A DNA stretch of 56,280 nt from Anaerolineae bacterium (GCA_034435315.1 DAOTYB010000071.1:1-56280), one strand, 5' to 3'. Positions 9,805-19,812 are shown, numbered from the stretch's first letter. Numbers and translations are program-made. Notes: a model not told the origin generated them from the sequence alone.

Positions 9805-9954
9805 CAATGAGCCAATGAGCCAATGCATCAATGAGCCAAATCAAATGTGCCAAATGTGCCAAACGTGCCAAACTATTTGTCATTCGTCATTCGTCATTCG
9901 TCGTTCGTCATTCGTCCTTGGGCTCATTGGCACATTGGGCAATTGGCTCATTGC
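9805..9954. repeat. Long imperfect hairpin built from 7-8-nt tandem units.
   Basis: (CAATGAGC)n and (TGTGCCAAA)n form the left arm. (TCATTCG)n heptamers form the centre. GGCTCATTGGCACATTGGGCAATTGGCTCATTG forms the right arm and is complementary to the left. Confidence 0.85.
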
Positions 9955-11310
9955 TCACGTAATCGTTTCTTGTATCACCGTAGCAATTGTGTGCGCCGCG
10001 CGCTCGATTGCCGCGGCGTCTTTTCCCTCAATCATAATGCGCGCGAGGTTTTCGGTGCCCGAATAGCGAACCAGAATGCGCGCGTCGTCGCCGAGCGCGC
10101 GTTGTGCGCGCGCGATGGCATCCTGAATCGGGGGAAATTCGTCAAGCGGTGGTTTGCGCGGCACGCGCACGTTCACCAGCACCTGGGGATAGCGCGTCAT
10201 ACATGTAGCGAGTTGCGCAAGTGACTCACCGCGCCGCGCCATAATCTCGGCAAGGCGAAGTGTCGTGTAGATGCCGTCTCCCGTCGTGTGTGCACCATCG
10301 AACAAGACGATGTGCCCCGATTGTTCGCCCCCCACCACGCCGCCCATCGCGCGCATCCGTTCGGTGACCCACCGATCGCCAACGGCGGTGCGCTCCAATG
10401 TGACCCCGATTTCCGCGAGCGATTTTTCTAGACCGATGTTCGCCATCACGGTCGAGACGACCGCGTTGCCGTTGAGCAAACCGCGCGCGTGCAGATCGCG
10501 CGCGAGAATCGCCAGCACAAAATCGCCATCCACAAAGTTGCCATATTCGTCCACGAACACGGCGCGGTCGCCATCGCCATCGAACTGTACACCGAAATCA
10601 GCGCGCGTGCGCAAGACCGTGTCGCGCAAGAGTTTTGGTTCCAGCGCATCGTAACCGTAATTGATGTTCACGCCATCGGGTTGATGATTGAGGGCGAGCA
10701 CGTCCGCGCCCAGTGCACGCAACACGCGCGGTGCCAGTTCCGCTGTGGCGCCGTTGTTGCAATCCACCACCACGCGCATGCCAGACAAAATCGGCTGACG
10801 CGCCACCGCGTTCAACAAGAAATCCGCATACGCGTCCACTGCGCCGGCATCGTCGCGGCGCTGACCAATCGAGCCAATCGGTCGGCGCGTGGGCGTGGCG
10901 TGATTGGCAAAGGCAAGCGTCTCGACGCGCGCTTCGTCCGCATCGGGAATTTTGAAACCATCCGCGCCGAACACCTTGATTCCGTTATAATCGAACGGAT
11001 TGTGCGATGCGGAAATCACAATCCCACAACGCGCCGCGCGCGCGCGTGTGAGCAAGGCAATGCCGGGCGTAGGAACAACGCCCACGTGGAGCGTCTCGAA
11101 TCCCTGTGCCATCAAGCCGGCGGCAAGCGCGTTTTCGATCATCGCGCCGCTCAGGCGCGTATCGCGTCCAATCACGGCGAGCGGTTTGTGGGTGTCGCTT
11201 CCCAACACCTCACCGAGCGCGCGACCGATGTGGGTGATGAATTCGGGTGTCAGTGGAAACTCGTTCGCGATGCCGCGAATGCCGTCGGTGCCAAACAAGC
11301 GTTCAGTCAT
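9955..11310 (-). CDS. glmM: Phosphoglucosamine mutase.
   Basis: FGTDGIRG, SASHNPFDYNGIK and DGDGDR. Confidence 0.9.
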   Translation of the reverse strand: MTERLFGTDGIRGIANEFPLTPEFITHIGRALGEVLGSDTHKPLAVIGRDTRLSGAMIENALAAGLMAQGFETLHVGVVPTPGIALLTRARAARCGIVISASHNPFDYNGIKVFGADGFKIPDADEARVETLAFANHATPTRRPIGSIGQRRDDAGAVDAYADFLLNAVARQPILSGMRVVVDCNNGATAELAPRVLRALGADVLALNHQPDGVNINYGYDALEPKLLRDTVLRTRADFGVQFDGDGDRAVFVDEYGNFVDGDFVLAILARDLHARGLLNGNAVVSTVMANIGLEKSLAEIGVTLERTAVGDRWVTERMRAMGGVVGGEQSGHIVLFDGAHTTGDGIYTTLRLAEIMARRGESLAQLATCMTRYPQVLVNVRVPRKPPLDEFPPIQDAIARAQRALGDDARILVRYSGTENLARIMIEGKDAAAIERAAHTIATVIQETIT

Positions 11311-11322
11311 CAGATACAGGTG

Positions 11323-12102
11323 CTACTCCGAAGAGATCTTTCTTTCCACCAGAGTTACTGTTGTTTCTGCCAGTTGAATGGCGGTGCGCGCCTCATCCAC
11401 CCGATAGACTTGAGCGGGTACGCCGTCTGGCAATCCATTTGGATAACGTGTCGCGATGTACAGGCGATCCAGGAAGGCAACCTGAGTAACGAGAGGTTTG
11501 AAATCCTCATCCAGCCTGGCGCATTCTTTTGCCAACTCGAGAACCGAATGTCCTCTCACACGCCGTTTGCCGCGAGAGTAAAGGTACGCCTTGAGTGCGC
11601 GTTCGGCGGCTTGCTGAGACCAAAAACAGGCGACGGAATAAAAGCCACCTTGTTCGTTCCACTTTGCGGCTGCCAGATCAGACTGTGCCTGCTGTAGCCA
11701 TCTTTGTCCTGATTGTTCTGCTTGTCCCTTTGGCATTCCTCTACTTCGATGTAGCGGGTTCAGCGGCTTGTGTCGAGTGCCCGCGCGCGCATAGACCACG
11801 ATACCTTCGCGGACAATGTCCGCGATGAAAGGATTGGCGCGCGTCTGCATTTCCGCAAATTCGTTGGGCGTATAGACCAGCACATCCAGCGCGAAATCGG
11901 GTTGGATCAAATCGTACACCTCTGCCAGCCGGTCGAGGAAACAGGCATTCGTTTCTTTGATGATGGCAATATCAATGTCGCTGCACCGATTGGTGTCACC
12001 TCGCGCGGCAGAGCCAAACAGAATCACACGTTCGGGATCGTACGGCTTGAGCGCACGCACGATGCGATTCACGCGCCGACGCACACGCGCATCCACCTTC
12101 AC
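11323..12102 (-). CDS. Fused nucleotidyltransferase (MNT) - HEPN domain protein.
   Basis: The N-terminal half has LFGSAARGD...DIDIAI (pol-beta NTase). The C-terminal half has a HEPN Rx4H motif (RRVRGHS). GTG start. The stop is 12 nt before the glmM start. Confidence 0.75.
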   Translation of the reverse strand: MKVDARVRRRVNRIVRALKPYDPERVILFGSAARGDTNRCSDIDIAIIKETNACFLDRLAEVYDLIQPDFALDVLVYTPNEFAEMQTRANPFIADIVREGIVVYARAGTRHKPLNPLHRSRGMPKGQAEQSGQRWLQQAQSDLAAAKWNEQGGFYSVACFWSQQAAERALKAYLYSRGKRRVRGHSVLELAKECARLDEDFKPLVTQVAFLDRLYIATRYPNGLPDGVPAQVYRVDEARTAIQLAETTVTLVERKISSE

Positions 12103-12129
12103 CTCATGACCATCACTGCACTCACGCGC

Positions 12130-13107
12130 TCATAACCTATGCTGCTTTTTGAGAGCCGCCAGATCTGCCTGCACCATCATTTCAATCATCTGTTCAAAGG
12201 TGACGCTGGGTTCCCAGCCCAGTTTTTGCTTTGCCTTGCTCGCATCACCGATAAGCAAGTCCACATCAGCGGGACGCAAATCGGCGGGGTTCACATACAC
12301 GTACTTTTGCCAGTCGAGATCCACGCATCCAAACGCCACTTCGCACAAATGCCGTACCGAATGCGTTTTACCGGTGGCGATGACATAGTCTTCGGGCTGG
12401 TCTTGTTGCAGCATCAAGTGCATCATTCGCACATAATCGGGCGCCCAGCCCCAATCGCGCTGCGCGTCGAGATTGCCCAGCGGGAGTTTGTCTGCCAGTC
12501 CCAGCGCGATTTTTGCCGCGTGATACGTGACCTTGTGGGTAACGAATTCCAAGCCCCGGCGCGGCGATTCGTGATTGAACAAAATCCCTGAAACCGCGAA
12601 CATATTGTACGATTCGCGATAGTTGACGGTGATCCAGTGACCGTACACTTTGGCAACGCCGTAGGGACTGCGTGGGTGAAAGGGGGTGGTCTCCTTTTGC
12701 GGCACCTCAACGACCTTGCCAAACATTTCCGACGACGACGCCTGGTAAAAACGAATGTCAGGGTCCACAATGCGAATCGCTTCGAGCATTCGCGTGACCC
12801 CCAGCGCGGTAAACTCGCCGGTTAGCACGGGTTGTTTGAACGACGTCGGGACGAACGATTGAGCAGCCAGATTATACACTTCGCTGGGACGATGTTCGCG
12901 CAAAACGTCAATCAGCGATACTTGGTCCAGCAAGTCACCCTGCACGATGCAAATCTTGTCCTGAATGTGCATAATGCGTTCAAAGTTGATGGTTGAGGTG
13001 CGCCGCACCATCCCAATCACTTGGTAGCCAAGTTCCAAAAGATACTCGGCAAGGTAACTGCCATCTTGTCCGGTGATTCCCGTAATCAATGCTCGTTTCT
13101 TTGCCAT
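12130..13107 (-). CDS. gmd: GDP-mannose 4,6-dehydratase.
   Basis: [23 protein letters not shown], with Gmd-like sequence throughout. Confidence 0.9.
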   Translation of the reverse strand: MAKKRALITGITGQDGSYLAEYLLELGYQVIGMVRRTSTINFERIMHIQDKICIVQGDLLDQVSLIDVLREHRPSEVYNLAAQSFVPTSFKQPVLTGEFTALGVTRMLEAIRIVDPDIRFYQASSSEMFGKVVEVPQKETTPFHPRSPYGVAKVYGHWITVNYRESYNMFAVSGILFNHESPRRGLEFVTHKVTYHAAKIALGLADKLPLGNLDAQRDWGWAPDYVRMMHLMLQQDQPEDYVIATGKTHSVRHLCEVAFGCVDLDWQKYVYVNPADLRPADVDLLIGDASKAKQKLGWEPSVTFEQMIEMMVQADLAALKKQHRL

Positions 13108-13140
13108 TGATGCTCCAGGGTGATGTGGTAACAGGTATGC

Positions 13141-14103
13141 TTATCCGCGTTGACGTGCTACCTGCTCCCGCCAATAGTCTAGAATATCGCGCAGGCTGGT
13201 TTCCAGTGGAATCGTTGGAGTCCAGCCGGTCTGCGTACGAAATTTGGTGGGATCGCAATACAAAATCGGTGTGTCGGAGGGACGAAAGCGCGCCGGATCG
13301 GCTTCCACACGAATCGCCGCGCGACTGTGTTGTAACAACATCTCGACGATGGTCTGGATGGAGACGGCACGCGCGCTGCCGATGTTGTACACCTCGCCGG
13401 GCACGCCGTGTTCGAGGGCGAGATAGTAGGCGCGCACCATATCGCGCACATCGGTAAAATCGCGCTGCGCGCTCAGATTACCGACGTACAACACCGGCGC
13501 GCGCAAGCCGGCTTCGATTTCGGCAATCTGTTTGGCAAAGTTCGACGTGACGAATTGCTCGCTCTGGCGCGGTCCGATGTGATTGGACGGTCGCACGCGA
13601 ACCACGTGCAACCGATGGCTGAGAAAATATTGCAAGCCCAAAAAATCCTGAGCGATTTTGCTCACGCCATACGGACTATCGGGGCGCAACGGCGTGGTTT
13701 CCGTGATAGGCAGATCGCGCGCGTCCACGCGTCCATACTCGTCCATTGAGCCGATAACAAGAATCCGCGCGGAGGATTGCAAGCGTGCGGCAGTGTGGAG
13801 GACGTTCACCTGCGCGCGGATGTTCGTCTCCAGAGTCGCCCAGGGGTCTTGCCATGAGATGGGCGCAAACGCCTGTCCTGCCAGATGGTAGATGTGCGTC
13901 GGTTGTGTTTGCGTCAACAGGTTTTCCACGACGTGCGCGTCCGTCAAATCACCAGGGATGAACGTGACCCGTGAACCTAAATGAGATAGATGACTCGTCG
14001 AACCCAGCCCGGTGCCAAAAACGTGAACATCTGCCTGAGTCAACAAAAACTCTGCCAGATGACTGCCGGCAAAGCCATTCATTCCCGTGATGAGCGCGCG
14101 CAT
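13141..14103 (-). CDS. NAD-dependent epimerase/dehydratase, likely a GDP-4-keto-6-deoxy-D-mannose reductase (Rmd-like).
   Basis: ALITGMNGFAGSHLAEFLL and PYGVSK (YxxxK), adjacent to gmd. I chose the start at ATG 14103. The ORF-track start at 14247 adds 48 non-conserved residues. Confidence 0.65.
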   Translation of the reverse strand: MRALITGMNGFAGSHLAEFLLTQADVHVFGTGLGSTSHLSHLGSRVTFIPGDLTDAHVVENLLTQTQPTHIYHLAGQAFAPISWQDPWATLETNIRAQVNVLHTAARLQSSARILVIGSMDEYGRVDARDLPITETTPLRPDSPYGVSKIAQDFLGLQYFLSHRLHVVRVRPSNHIGPRQSEQFVTSNFAKQIAEIEAGLRAPVLYVGNLSAQRDFTDVRDMVRAYYLALEHGVPGEVYNIGSARAVSIQTIVEMLLQHSRAAIRVEADPARFRPSDTPILYCDPTKFRTQTGWTPTIPLETSLRDILDYWREQVARQRG

Positions 14104-14191
14104 TCTACTGTGTGTGACTCCAAAAACTTGGCTCATTATACCCGAAATTGGCATCTCGCGCAAAACGGTTTGCGTTTCGCGCACGCAAGTC

Positions 14192-14298
14192 ACTTGATAT
14201 TCGTCGCTACGGCTAAAGCGTGAACGCTGGCAATCGCCAGCGTTCACGCAGCAAACTTGATACGCGCGTCAAAATCGAAACAGCGTGAACGCTGGCGA
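14192..14298. repeat. Perfect 14-bp-stem hairpin plus a direct repeat of its left arm.
   Basis: GCGTGAACGCTGGC (14218-14231), AATC loop, GCCAGCGTTCACGC (14236-14249). CAGCGTGAACGCTGGCGA recurs at 14281-14298. Each copy is preceded by ACTTGATA 26-28 nt upstream. Confidence 0.7.
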
Positions 14299-14347
14299 CA
14301 ACGACGCCAAGCCAAAACTGACCTGCGGCAATTCAACCTGCTAGTGG

Positions 14348-14749
14348 TTAGAGATCGTCCATCGCTGATTCTGTTTCGCCGGTTCCTCCCAATCCTGGCA
14401 TAGATTTTTCAATTTCTTCTGGACTCTCGCCGGCTTCGAGACGTTCTACCATCTCATTGAATTCAGGACCTAGGTCCTCGCCACCCAGTTGGCTACTCAT
14501 TTTGCGCATAAAGCGCGCGACGCTCTTGGGGTCGTTCTCGTCCACATCACCAAAGTTGGCAGGATCTGCCAGTGCTTCGAGGCGCGCCTCCTCCGATTTG
14601 ATTGTCGCGACGCGCGAGACCAGGCGCGTGAGGTGGCTGCCTCCGCAGTGCGGACAGGTGGGAGTGTCGGTGGTGGCAGCAGCAAACGAGCGGAAAAAAA
14701 TGCTGACACGACGCTTGCAATCGGCACAACGATATTCGTAGATGGGCAT
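14348..14749 (-). CDS. FmdB family zinc-ribbon protein.
   Basis: MPIYEYRCADCKRR...CPHCGG. Confidence 0.75.
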   Translation of the reverse strand: MPIYEYRCADCKRRVSIFFRSFAAATTDTPTCPHCGGSHLTRLVSRVATIKSEEARLEALADPANFGDVDENDPKSVARFMRKMSSQLGGEDLGPEFNEMVERLEAGESPEEIEKSMPGLGGTGETESAMDDL

Positions 14750-14796
14750 CGAGTATCACCTCCCGTTTGAAGATGGAACTCTACAGGCTCGTGTAG

Positions 14797-14825
14797 ATTA
14801 TAATGCGATTGCAACGCGTTGACAA
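14797..14825 (-). promoter_or_regulatory. Candidate sigma70 promoter on the minus strand: TTGTCA, 17-nt spacer, TATAAT.
   Basis: The -10 box is at 14797-14802 and the -35 box at 14820-14825, both as the complement. It lies about 45 nt upstream of the FmdB start. Confidence 0.4.
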
Positions 14826-14993
14826 CACGCGCATTTCAGTTGCCCACCCGCAGGGCATGTGCGAGTAGGGGCGAGGCATTTGCCGCAGTACACTCCTTGA
14901 GCAAAGCAATTTGGCATCGGGAGCGATCTGCCCAGGCGAAATTTTCATGCAAATGCCTTGCCCTTGCCCCCAAACTGAAATGCATCCTCCACC

Positions 14994-15027
14994 ACAAAAA
15001 ATCAGCCGAGGTACTATCCTCGGCTGG
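14994..15027 (-). terminator. Rho-independent terminator (minus strand).
   Basis: CAGCCGAGG / CCTCGGCTG stem at 15003-15026, followed on the minus strand by TTTTTTG. Confidence 0.65.
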
Positions 15028-15030
15028 TGC

Positions 15031-15957
15031 TCATTGTTTGAATCTTTCGTCCTCCCGCAGCATGCGCTGCAAGCCTTCGTCGAGTGAGACGCTCGGTTGC
15101 CATTTGAGCAACTGGTCTGCCAGACGGATGTCGGCAACCAGGCGTGGCACCCCACCTTTTTCGCTGAGGTTCTCCAGACGATGCGCGGTGCGCCCGGTAA
15201 CGTATTCCATCCGCTCGACCAGTTGCGCGATGCTCACTTCTTGACCGCTGCCGATGTTGATGATCGCCCGATTGATATTCTGCGCCGTCGCTGCGCGCGC
15301 AAGGGCTTGGACCACGTCGCTGATGTAAACAAAATCGCGCGTCTGTTTGCCACCGCCAAAGAGCACGACCGAGCCACCGCTGAGGATTTGTTTGAGGAAC
15401 AGGGGAATGACTGGCGCGTGCGAAGGTGGCAAGGGCTGGCGCGGTCCATACGCATTGAAAATCCGCAGCACGACCGTTTCGATTTTCCACAATGCCCCAA
15501 TCGAATGGAGGTAATACTCGGAGGCTAGTTTGCTCACCGCGTACGGTGTATCGGGATGCATCGGCGCGTTTTCGGAAACCGGTTGTTGTGGTTGATGTCC
15601 ATATGCCGCACCGGATGACGTCAGAATCACGCGCTTGACGCCGGCATCGCGCACCGCTGTCATCAGCGATACGGTGCCACCGACATTGACCGCGTTATAC
15701 TCGACGGGGTAGAGTACCGATTCGGCGACACTCACGCGCGCGGCGAGATGATACACACAATCGGTGCCTTTGAGCAGACTCCACAACCTAGGCGTATCGC
15801 GCACGTCGCCGCGCGTGAATAGAACGCGCGCGTGCAACAGGCTCGGATCACCCGCACTCAGATCGTCCAGCACGCGCACCTGATGTCCTTGCAATACCAG
15901 ATAATTCGCTAGCGCAGTGCCAATAAATCCTGCACCACCGGTGATAAGAACATTCAT
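15031..15957 (-). CDS. NAD-dependent epimerase/dehydratase (UDP-sugar 4-epimerase-like).
   Basis: VLITGGAGFIGTALANYL and PYAVSK. Confidence 0.8.
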   Translation of the reverse strand: MNVLITGGAGFIGTALANYLVLQGHQVRVLDDLSAGDPSLLHARVLFTRGDVRDTPRLWSLLKGTDCVYHLAARVSVAESVLYPVEYNAVNVGGTVSLMTAVRDAGVKRVILTSSGAAYGHQPQQPVSENAPMHPDTPYAVSKLASEYYLHSIGALWKIETVVLRIFNAYGPRQPLPPSHAPVIPLFLKQILSGGSVVLFGGGKQTRDFVYISDVVQALARAATAQNINRAIINIGSGQEVSIAQLVERMEYVTGRTAHRLENLSEKGGVPRLVADIRLADQLLKWQPSVSLDEGLQRMLREDERFKQ

Positions 15958-16968
15958 TTACGCTTTACTCCACAAAAAGATTCCCGTGCCTACAGAGACC
16001 AATCCCAGCGCCGCAGAGAGTACCCCCAGGCCGATGAGCGTACTCGTGAAATCTATCGGCGCGGTGGGCGCAGGCGTGACGTCAGGACGCGCATAACGTG
16101 GTGTGGTAGATGGCGTCGGTGTGCTTGTGGCGGTACGAGTCCACGTGCGCGTGGCTGTCGGTGACAGGGGTGTGCTCGTAACTGTGGGTCCTTGCGCGAT
16201 TCTGGTGACAGGGCGTGTGGGCGTCCGCGTGGGTGGCGCCTGCGGTGATGGTGTGAGCGTGGGAGGCACTGCTGTCGCGGTGGGCATATTCGGCGCCGCT
16301 TCCATACATGCAACGTCGAACCACACTTTGGCGCGTCCGCTGGCGCCAGTGAACATACCACGAAAGAAGATCGTGGCTTTGTCGGCGCGCGCGGCAAACA
16401 TCATCGTCAGTTCGGGCGGATTCATTCCAGCCGTGCTGTTGAAGAGCGCGGGTCCCCAGATCACATTCGGCGATGTGGGATCTGTGCCGCCGAAAGGATC
16501 AACCCCGACTTGGCGTCCCATCGAAGGGTGCACTTCGTTTTTGGTGTTACCCGGGTCCAGTCGCGCGTGCGAATAGCCGATGCGAAAGCGATAGTACACG
16601 TTCGGTTGCAAGCCCCACACAGTTTGATAGATGCCTGCGTCGAACGGGACCGAATCGGACCAAAAATATTGCGCGCCATTCGCATCCCATTTTTCATTGT
16701 CTACCCATTCAAAGCGGGGCGAACCGGTGATGACAAAGGGTGTCCATTCGCGCGCGACCGTACCGTACGGCGTATCGTGTCCCGGCGCCATCGAACCGTT
16801 GCGGAACAAGTTGGAGGGATGCAAGCCGCAGTTATCGGGAAAGGCGCGCGCCACGCGCGCAGGTGCAAGCACAGGCGCAAACCACACGAGTAATCCAGCC
16901 AGAAGAATCAGCGCAAAGCGAAGTTGGCTCACATAACAAAATATAACTGACCCCATCGAAAATGTCAA
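15958..16968 (-). CDS. Hypothetical secreted, C-terminally anchored protein with a Pro/Thr-rich linker.
   Basis: It has an N-terminal hydrophobic signal-like segment, a globular domain of about 200 aa with no motif I recognise, a PT-rich stretch, and a C-terminal TM helix (LIGLGVLSAALGLVSVGTGIFLW). There is a 0-nt gap to the epimerase start. The start codon is uncertain. Confidence 0.55.
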   Translation of the reverse strand: MTFSMGSVIFCYVSQLRFALILLAGLLVWFAPVLAPARVARAFPDNCGLHPSNLFRNGSMAPGHDTPYGTVAREWTPFVITGSPRFEWVDNEKWDANGAQYFWSDSVPFDAGIYQTVWGLQPNVYYRFRIGYSHARLDPGNTKNEVHPSMGRQVGVDPFGGTDPTSPNVIWGPALFNSTAGMNPPELTMMFAARADKATIFFRGMFTGASGRAKVWFDVACMEAAPNMPTATAVPPTLTPSPQAPPTRTPTRPVTRIAQGPTVTSTPLSPTATRTWTRTATSTPTPSTTPRYARPDVTPAPTAPIDFTSTLIGLGVLSAALGLVSVGTGIFLWSKA

Positions 16969-16979
16969 AGCAGGTGCAT

Positions 16980-17008
16980 TTGAACAAATGATGTAGCCAT
17001 GCTATAAT
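16980..17008 (+). promoter_or_regulatory. Candidate sigma70 promoter: TTGAAC, 17-nt spacer, TATAAT.
   Basis: It lies 35 nt upstream of the Uma2 start. Confidence 0.45.
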
Positions 17009-17042
17009 TTGACTGCCACGAGGGCTAGAAAGGAAGGGTGGT

Positions 17043-17681
17043 ATGGCGGTCAAGACGATAGAGACTCTGCCGCGCGTAGCGCTGGAAGACAAAGAGAAAA
17101 TGTCATTCGACGAATTTCTCGAATGGTGCGACGAAGATACACGGGCAGAGTGGGTCAATGGGGAGGTTCAAATGGTAGCACCAGCAGGAGACAAACACCA
17201 AGACCTGGCTGATTTTTTGCTTACCCTTTTGCGTCAGTTTGTGCGACATAACCAACTGGGCTGGATCCGTAGCGCACCTTTCTTGATGCGCTTGCCGAAT
17301 GTGCCGAGCGGACGCGAACCCGATGTGTTGTTCGTGCGCACCGAACATCTCGATCGCGTCAAGCCCACTTTTCTCGACGGTCCTGCTGATCTGGTCATCG
17401 AAATCACCTCGCCCGAAAGTATCGGACGCGATCGCGGCGAAAAGTTTGTCGAGTACGAACGCGCCGGTGTCGCGGAATACTGGCTCATTGACCCTGATCG
17501 GCGGCGCGCCGAGTTTTATCGTCTGGACGCGCAAGGGATGTATCACCTGTGCGAACCGGACGCGCAAGGGGTTTATCGTTCGCAAATGGTGGAGGGTTTC
17601 TGGTTGCGTGTGGAGTGGCTGTGGCAAGACCCGTTGCCGTTGGAAGAAGAGGTGTTGCGCGAGATTCGTGGACAAGCGTAG
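17043..17681 (+). CDS. Uma2 family (DUF820) endonuclease-fold protein.
   Basis: EWVNGEV...PDVLFV...DLVIEITSPES...KFVEYERAGVAEYWLIDP. Confidence 0.8.
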   Translation: MAVKTIETLPRVALEDKEKMSFDEFLEWCDEDTRAEWVNGEVQMVAPAGDKHQDLADFLLTLLRQFVRHNQLGWIRSAPFLMRLPNVPSGREPDVLFVRTEHLDRVKPTFLDGPADLVIEITSPESIGRDRGEKFVEYERAGVAEYWLIDPDRRRAEFYRLDAQGMYHLCEPDAQGVYRSQMVEGFWLRVEWLWQDPLPLEEEVLREIRGQA

Positions 17682-17706
17682 GGGCGAGGACATCTCGCCC
17701 TTTTTG
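17682..17706 (+). terminator. Hairpin plus T-run.
   Basis: GGGCGAG-GACAT-CTCGCCC followed by TTTTTG, only 15 nt before uvrB. Confidence 0.5.
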
Positions 17707-17720
17707 TTCGGAGAGATGGA

Positions 17721-19754
17721 ATGCCTGAATTCAAACTTGTTTCCCCCTTTCAACCGACCGGCGATCAGCCCACCGCGATTGCCAAACTGGTGGAGGGCTT
17801 GCGGCGCGGGGATAGATTTCAAACGCTGCTTGGCGCCACCGGCACCGGCAAAACGTTTGTGATGGCGGCGATCATCGAGCAGGTACAAAAGCCGACGCTG
17901 GTGCTCGCGCACAACAAAACACTCGCCGCGCAGTTGTATGCCGAGTTCCGCGAGTTTTTTCCGCACAATGCCGTCGAGTACTTTGTGTCGTACTATGATT
18001 ACTATCAACCCGAAGCGTACGTGCCGCAGCAAGACCTCTACATCGAAAAAGATTCGAGTATCAACGAGGAAATTGATCGGTTGCGCCTTGCGGCAACGTT
18101 TGCGCTTCTGTCGCGACGCGATGTGATCATCGTCGCGTCGGTGTCGTGCATCTACGGTTTGGGGTCGCCGGTGGATTTTGGGAATGTGCGTTTGATTTTG
18201 CAGCGCGGCGAGACGCGCCATCGCGACCGCGTGTTGCGCCACCTCATCGAAATTCATTACGAGCGCAACGATTTTGATCTGGCACGCGGCAAGTTCCGGG
18301 TGCGCGGCGATACCCTCGAAGTAGCCCTCGCGTACGGCACCACCGCGTATCGCATCGAATTTTTTGGCGACGAGATTGATCGCATCGTCGAGATTGACAC
18401 GACGACCGGTGAAATTCTGCAAGAGCATTCGCGCGTCGAAATTTTCCCCGCCAAACATTTCATCACACCACAGGACAAACTGAATGCGGCGATTGCCGAC
18501 ATTGAAAAAGAGTTGGAAGAACAGATCGCGCGGTTCAAAGCGCAAGGCAAGTTACTCGAAGCGCAACGCATCGAACAGCGTACCCGCTACGATCTGGAGA
18601 TGCTGCGCGAAGTGGGCTATTGTTCTGGCATCGAAAATTATTCGCGCCCGCTCGCGCAGCGCGCGCCCGGCTCGCCTCCGTGGACACTGCTTGATTTCTT
18701 CCCCGATGATTTTTTGATGTTCATTGATGAATCGCATATGACGATTCCGCAAGTGCACGGGATGTACAACGGCGACCGCGCGCGCAAAGAAACGCTGGTC
18801 GAGTACGGCTTTCGTCTGCCGAGCGCGCTCGATAATCGCCCGTTGCGCTTTGAAGAGTTTGAGCAGAAAATTCATCAGGCGATCTTTGTCAGTGCCACGC
18901 CAGGACCGTACGAGTTGCGTGTCAGTTCTCAGGTGGTCGAGCAGATTATTCGTCCCACAGGTCTGGTTGACCCCGAAGTGCTAGTGCGCCCCACCAGAGG
19001 GCAGATTGACGATTTGATTGCGGAAATCAAAAAGCGGATTGAGCGACGCGAGCGTGTGCTCGTTACCACATTGACGAAACGCATGGCAGAGGATTTGGCG
19101 GACTATTTGCACGACTTGAATATCAAGGTGCACTATTTGCATTCGGAAATCCAGACGATCGAGCGCGTGGAGATTTTGCGCGATTTGCGTTTAGGTGTGT
19201 ACGATGTAGTCGTGGGTATCAACTTGCTGCGCGAGGGGCTCGATTTGCCCGAGGTGTCACTGGTCGCGATTCTTGATGCGGACAAGGAGGGCTTTTTGCG
19301 GAGTGAGACCGCGCTGATTCAAACGATTGGACGCGCGGCGCGTCACGTCAACGGGCAGGTGATTATGTACGCGGACACCATCACCGATTCGATGAAACGC
19401 GCGATAGATGAGACGAATCGGCGGCGCAAGATTCAGATGGAGTACAATGCCGCGCATAACATCGTGCCGCAGGGGATTGTCAAGCAGGTGCGTGACCTGA
19501 CCGACCGCGTGCGTGTGGTCGCCGAAACCAGACCGGTCGGGCTGGGGATTGTTCCTGGCGAGGACAGCGCGCGACTGATGGCCGAGTTGGAAAAGCAAAT
19601 GAAACAAGCCGCGCAGAATTGGGAGTTTGAAAAAGCCGCGCTGCTGCGCGATCAGATTTTTGAACTGCGCCAGATGCTGGACCTACAGGACGAGCGACCA
19701 GCGTGGGAAAAAGTGCAGAGTGCACAACGCCCAAGACCCAGAGCCACGCGGTAA
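17721..19754 (+). CDS. uvrB: Excinuclease ABC subunit B.
   Basis: GATGTGKTF Walker A, full-length UvrB pattern and a C-terminal UVR motif ([11 protein letters not shown]). Confidence 0.95.
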   Translation: MPEFKLVSPFQPTGDQPTAIAKLVEGLRRGDRFQTLLGATGTGKTFVMAAIIEQVQKPTLVLAHNKTLAAQLYAEFREFFPHNAVEYFVSYYDYYQPEAYVPQQDLYIEKDSSINEEIDRLRLAATFALLSRRDVIIVASVSCIYGLGSPVDFGNVRLILQRGETRHRDRVLRHLIEIHYERNDFDLARGKFRVRGDTLEVALAYGTTAYRIEFFGDEIDRIVEIDTTTGEILQEHSRVEIFPAKHFITPQDKLNAAIADIEKELEEQIARFKAQGKLLEAQRIEQRTRYDLEMLREVGYCSGIENYSRPLAQRAPGSPPWTLLDFFPDDFLMFIDESHMTIPQVHGMYNGDRARKETLVEYGFRLPSALDNRPLRFEEFEQKIHQAIFVSATPGPYELRVSSQVVEQIIRPTGLVDPEVLVRPTRGQIDDLIAEIKKRIERRERVLVTTLTKRMAEDLADYLHDLNIKVHYLHSEIQTIERVEILRDLRLGVYDVVVGINLLREGLDLPEVSLVAILDADKEGFLRSETALIQTIGRAARHVNGQVIMYADTITDSMKRAIDETNRRRKIQMEYNAAHNIVPQGIVKQVRDLTDRVRVVAETRPVGLGIVPGEDSARLMAELEKQMKQAAQNWEFEKAALLRDQIFELRQMLDLQDERPAWEKVQSAQRPRPRATR

Positions 19755-19778
19755 TGATGGTGGCACCAAAAAGCAACA

Positions 19779-19804
19779 AGACCCAAAGTGTGCACTTTGG
19801 GTCT
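19779..19804. terminator. Bidirectional hairpin between convergent genes.
   Basis: AGACCCAAAGTG / CACTTTGGGTCT 12-bp perfect stem. The flanking A/T runs are weak. Confidence 0.5.
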
Positions 19805-19812
19805 CGTGTTTC

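Noticed and set aside
17103-18545. 480-aa ORF antisense to uvrB. Similar long antisense ORFs are at 5739-6776, 8979-9818, 10489-11697, 22007-22798, 26371-27195, 33609-34805, 35402-36964, 43432-44322, 46575-47261, 49902-50861, 51493-53061 and 54202-55317.
   Set aside because: Each lies opposite a gene with clear family motifs. Their translations are Arg/His/Gln-rich and low-complexity with no recognisable domains. This is typical of stop-codon-poor antisense frames in GC-rich DNA.
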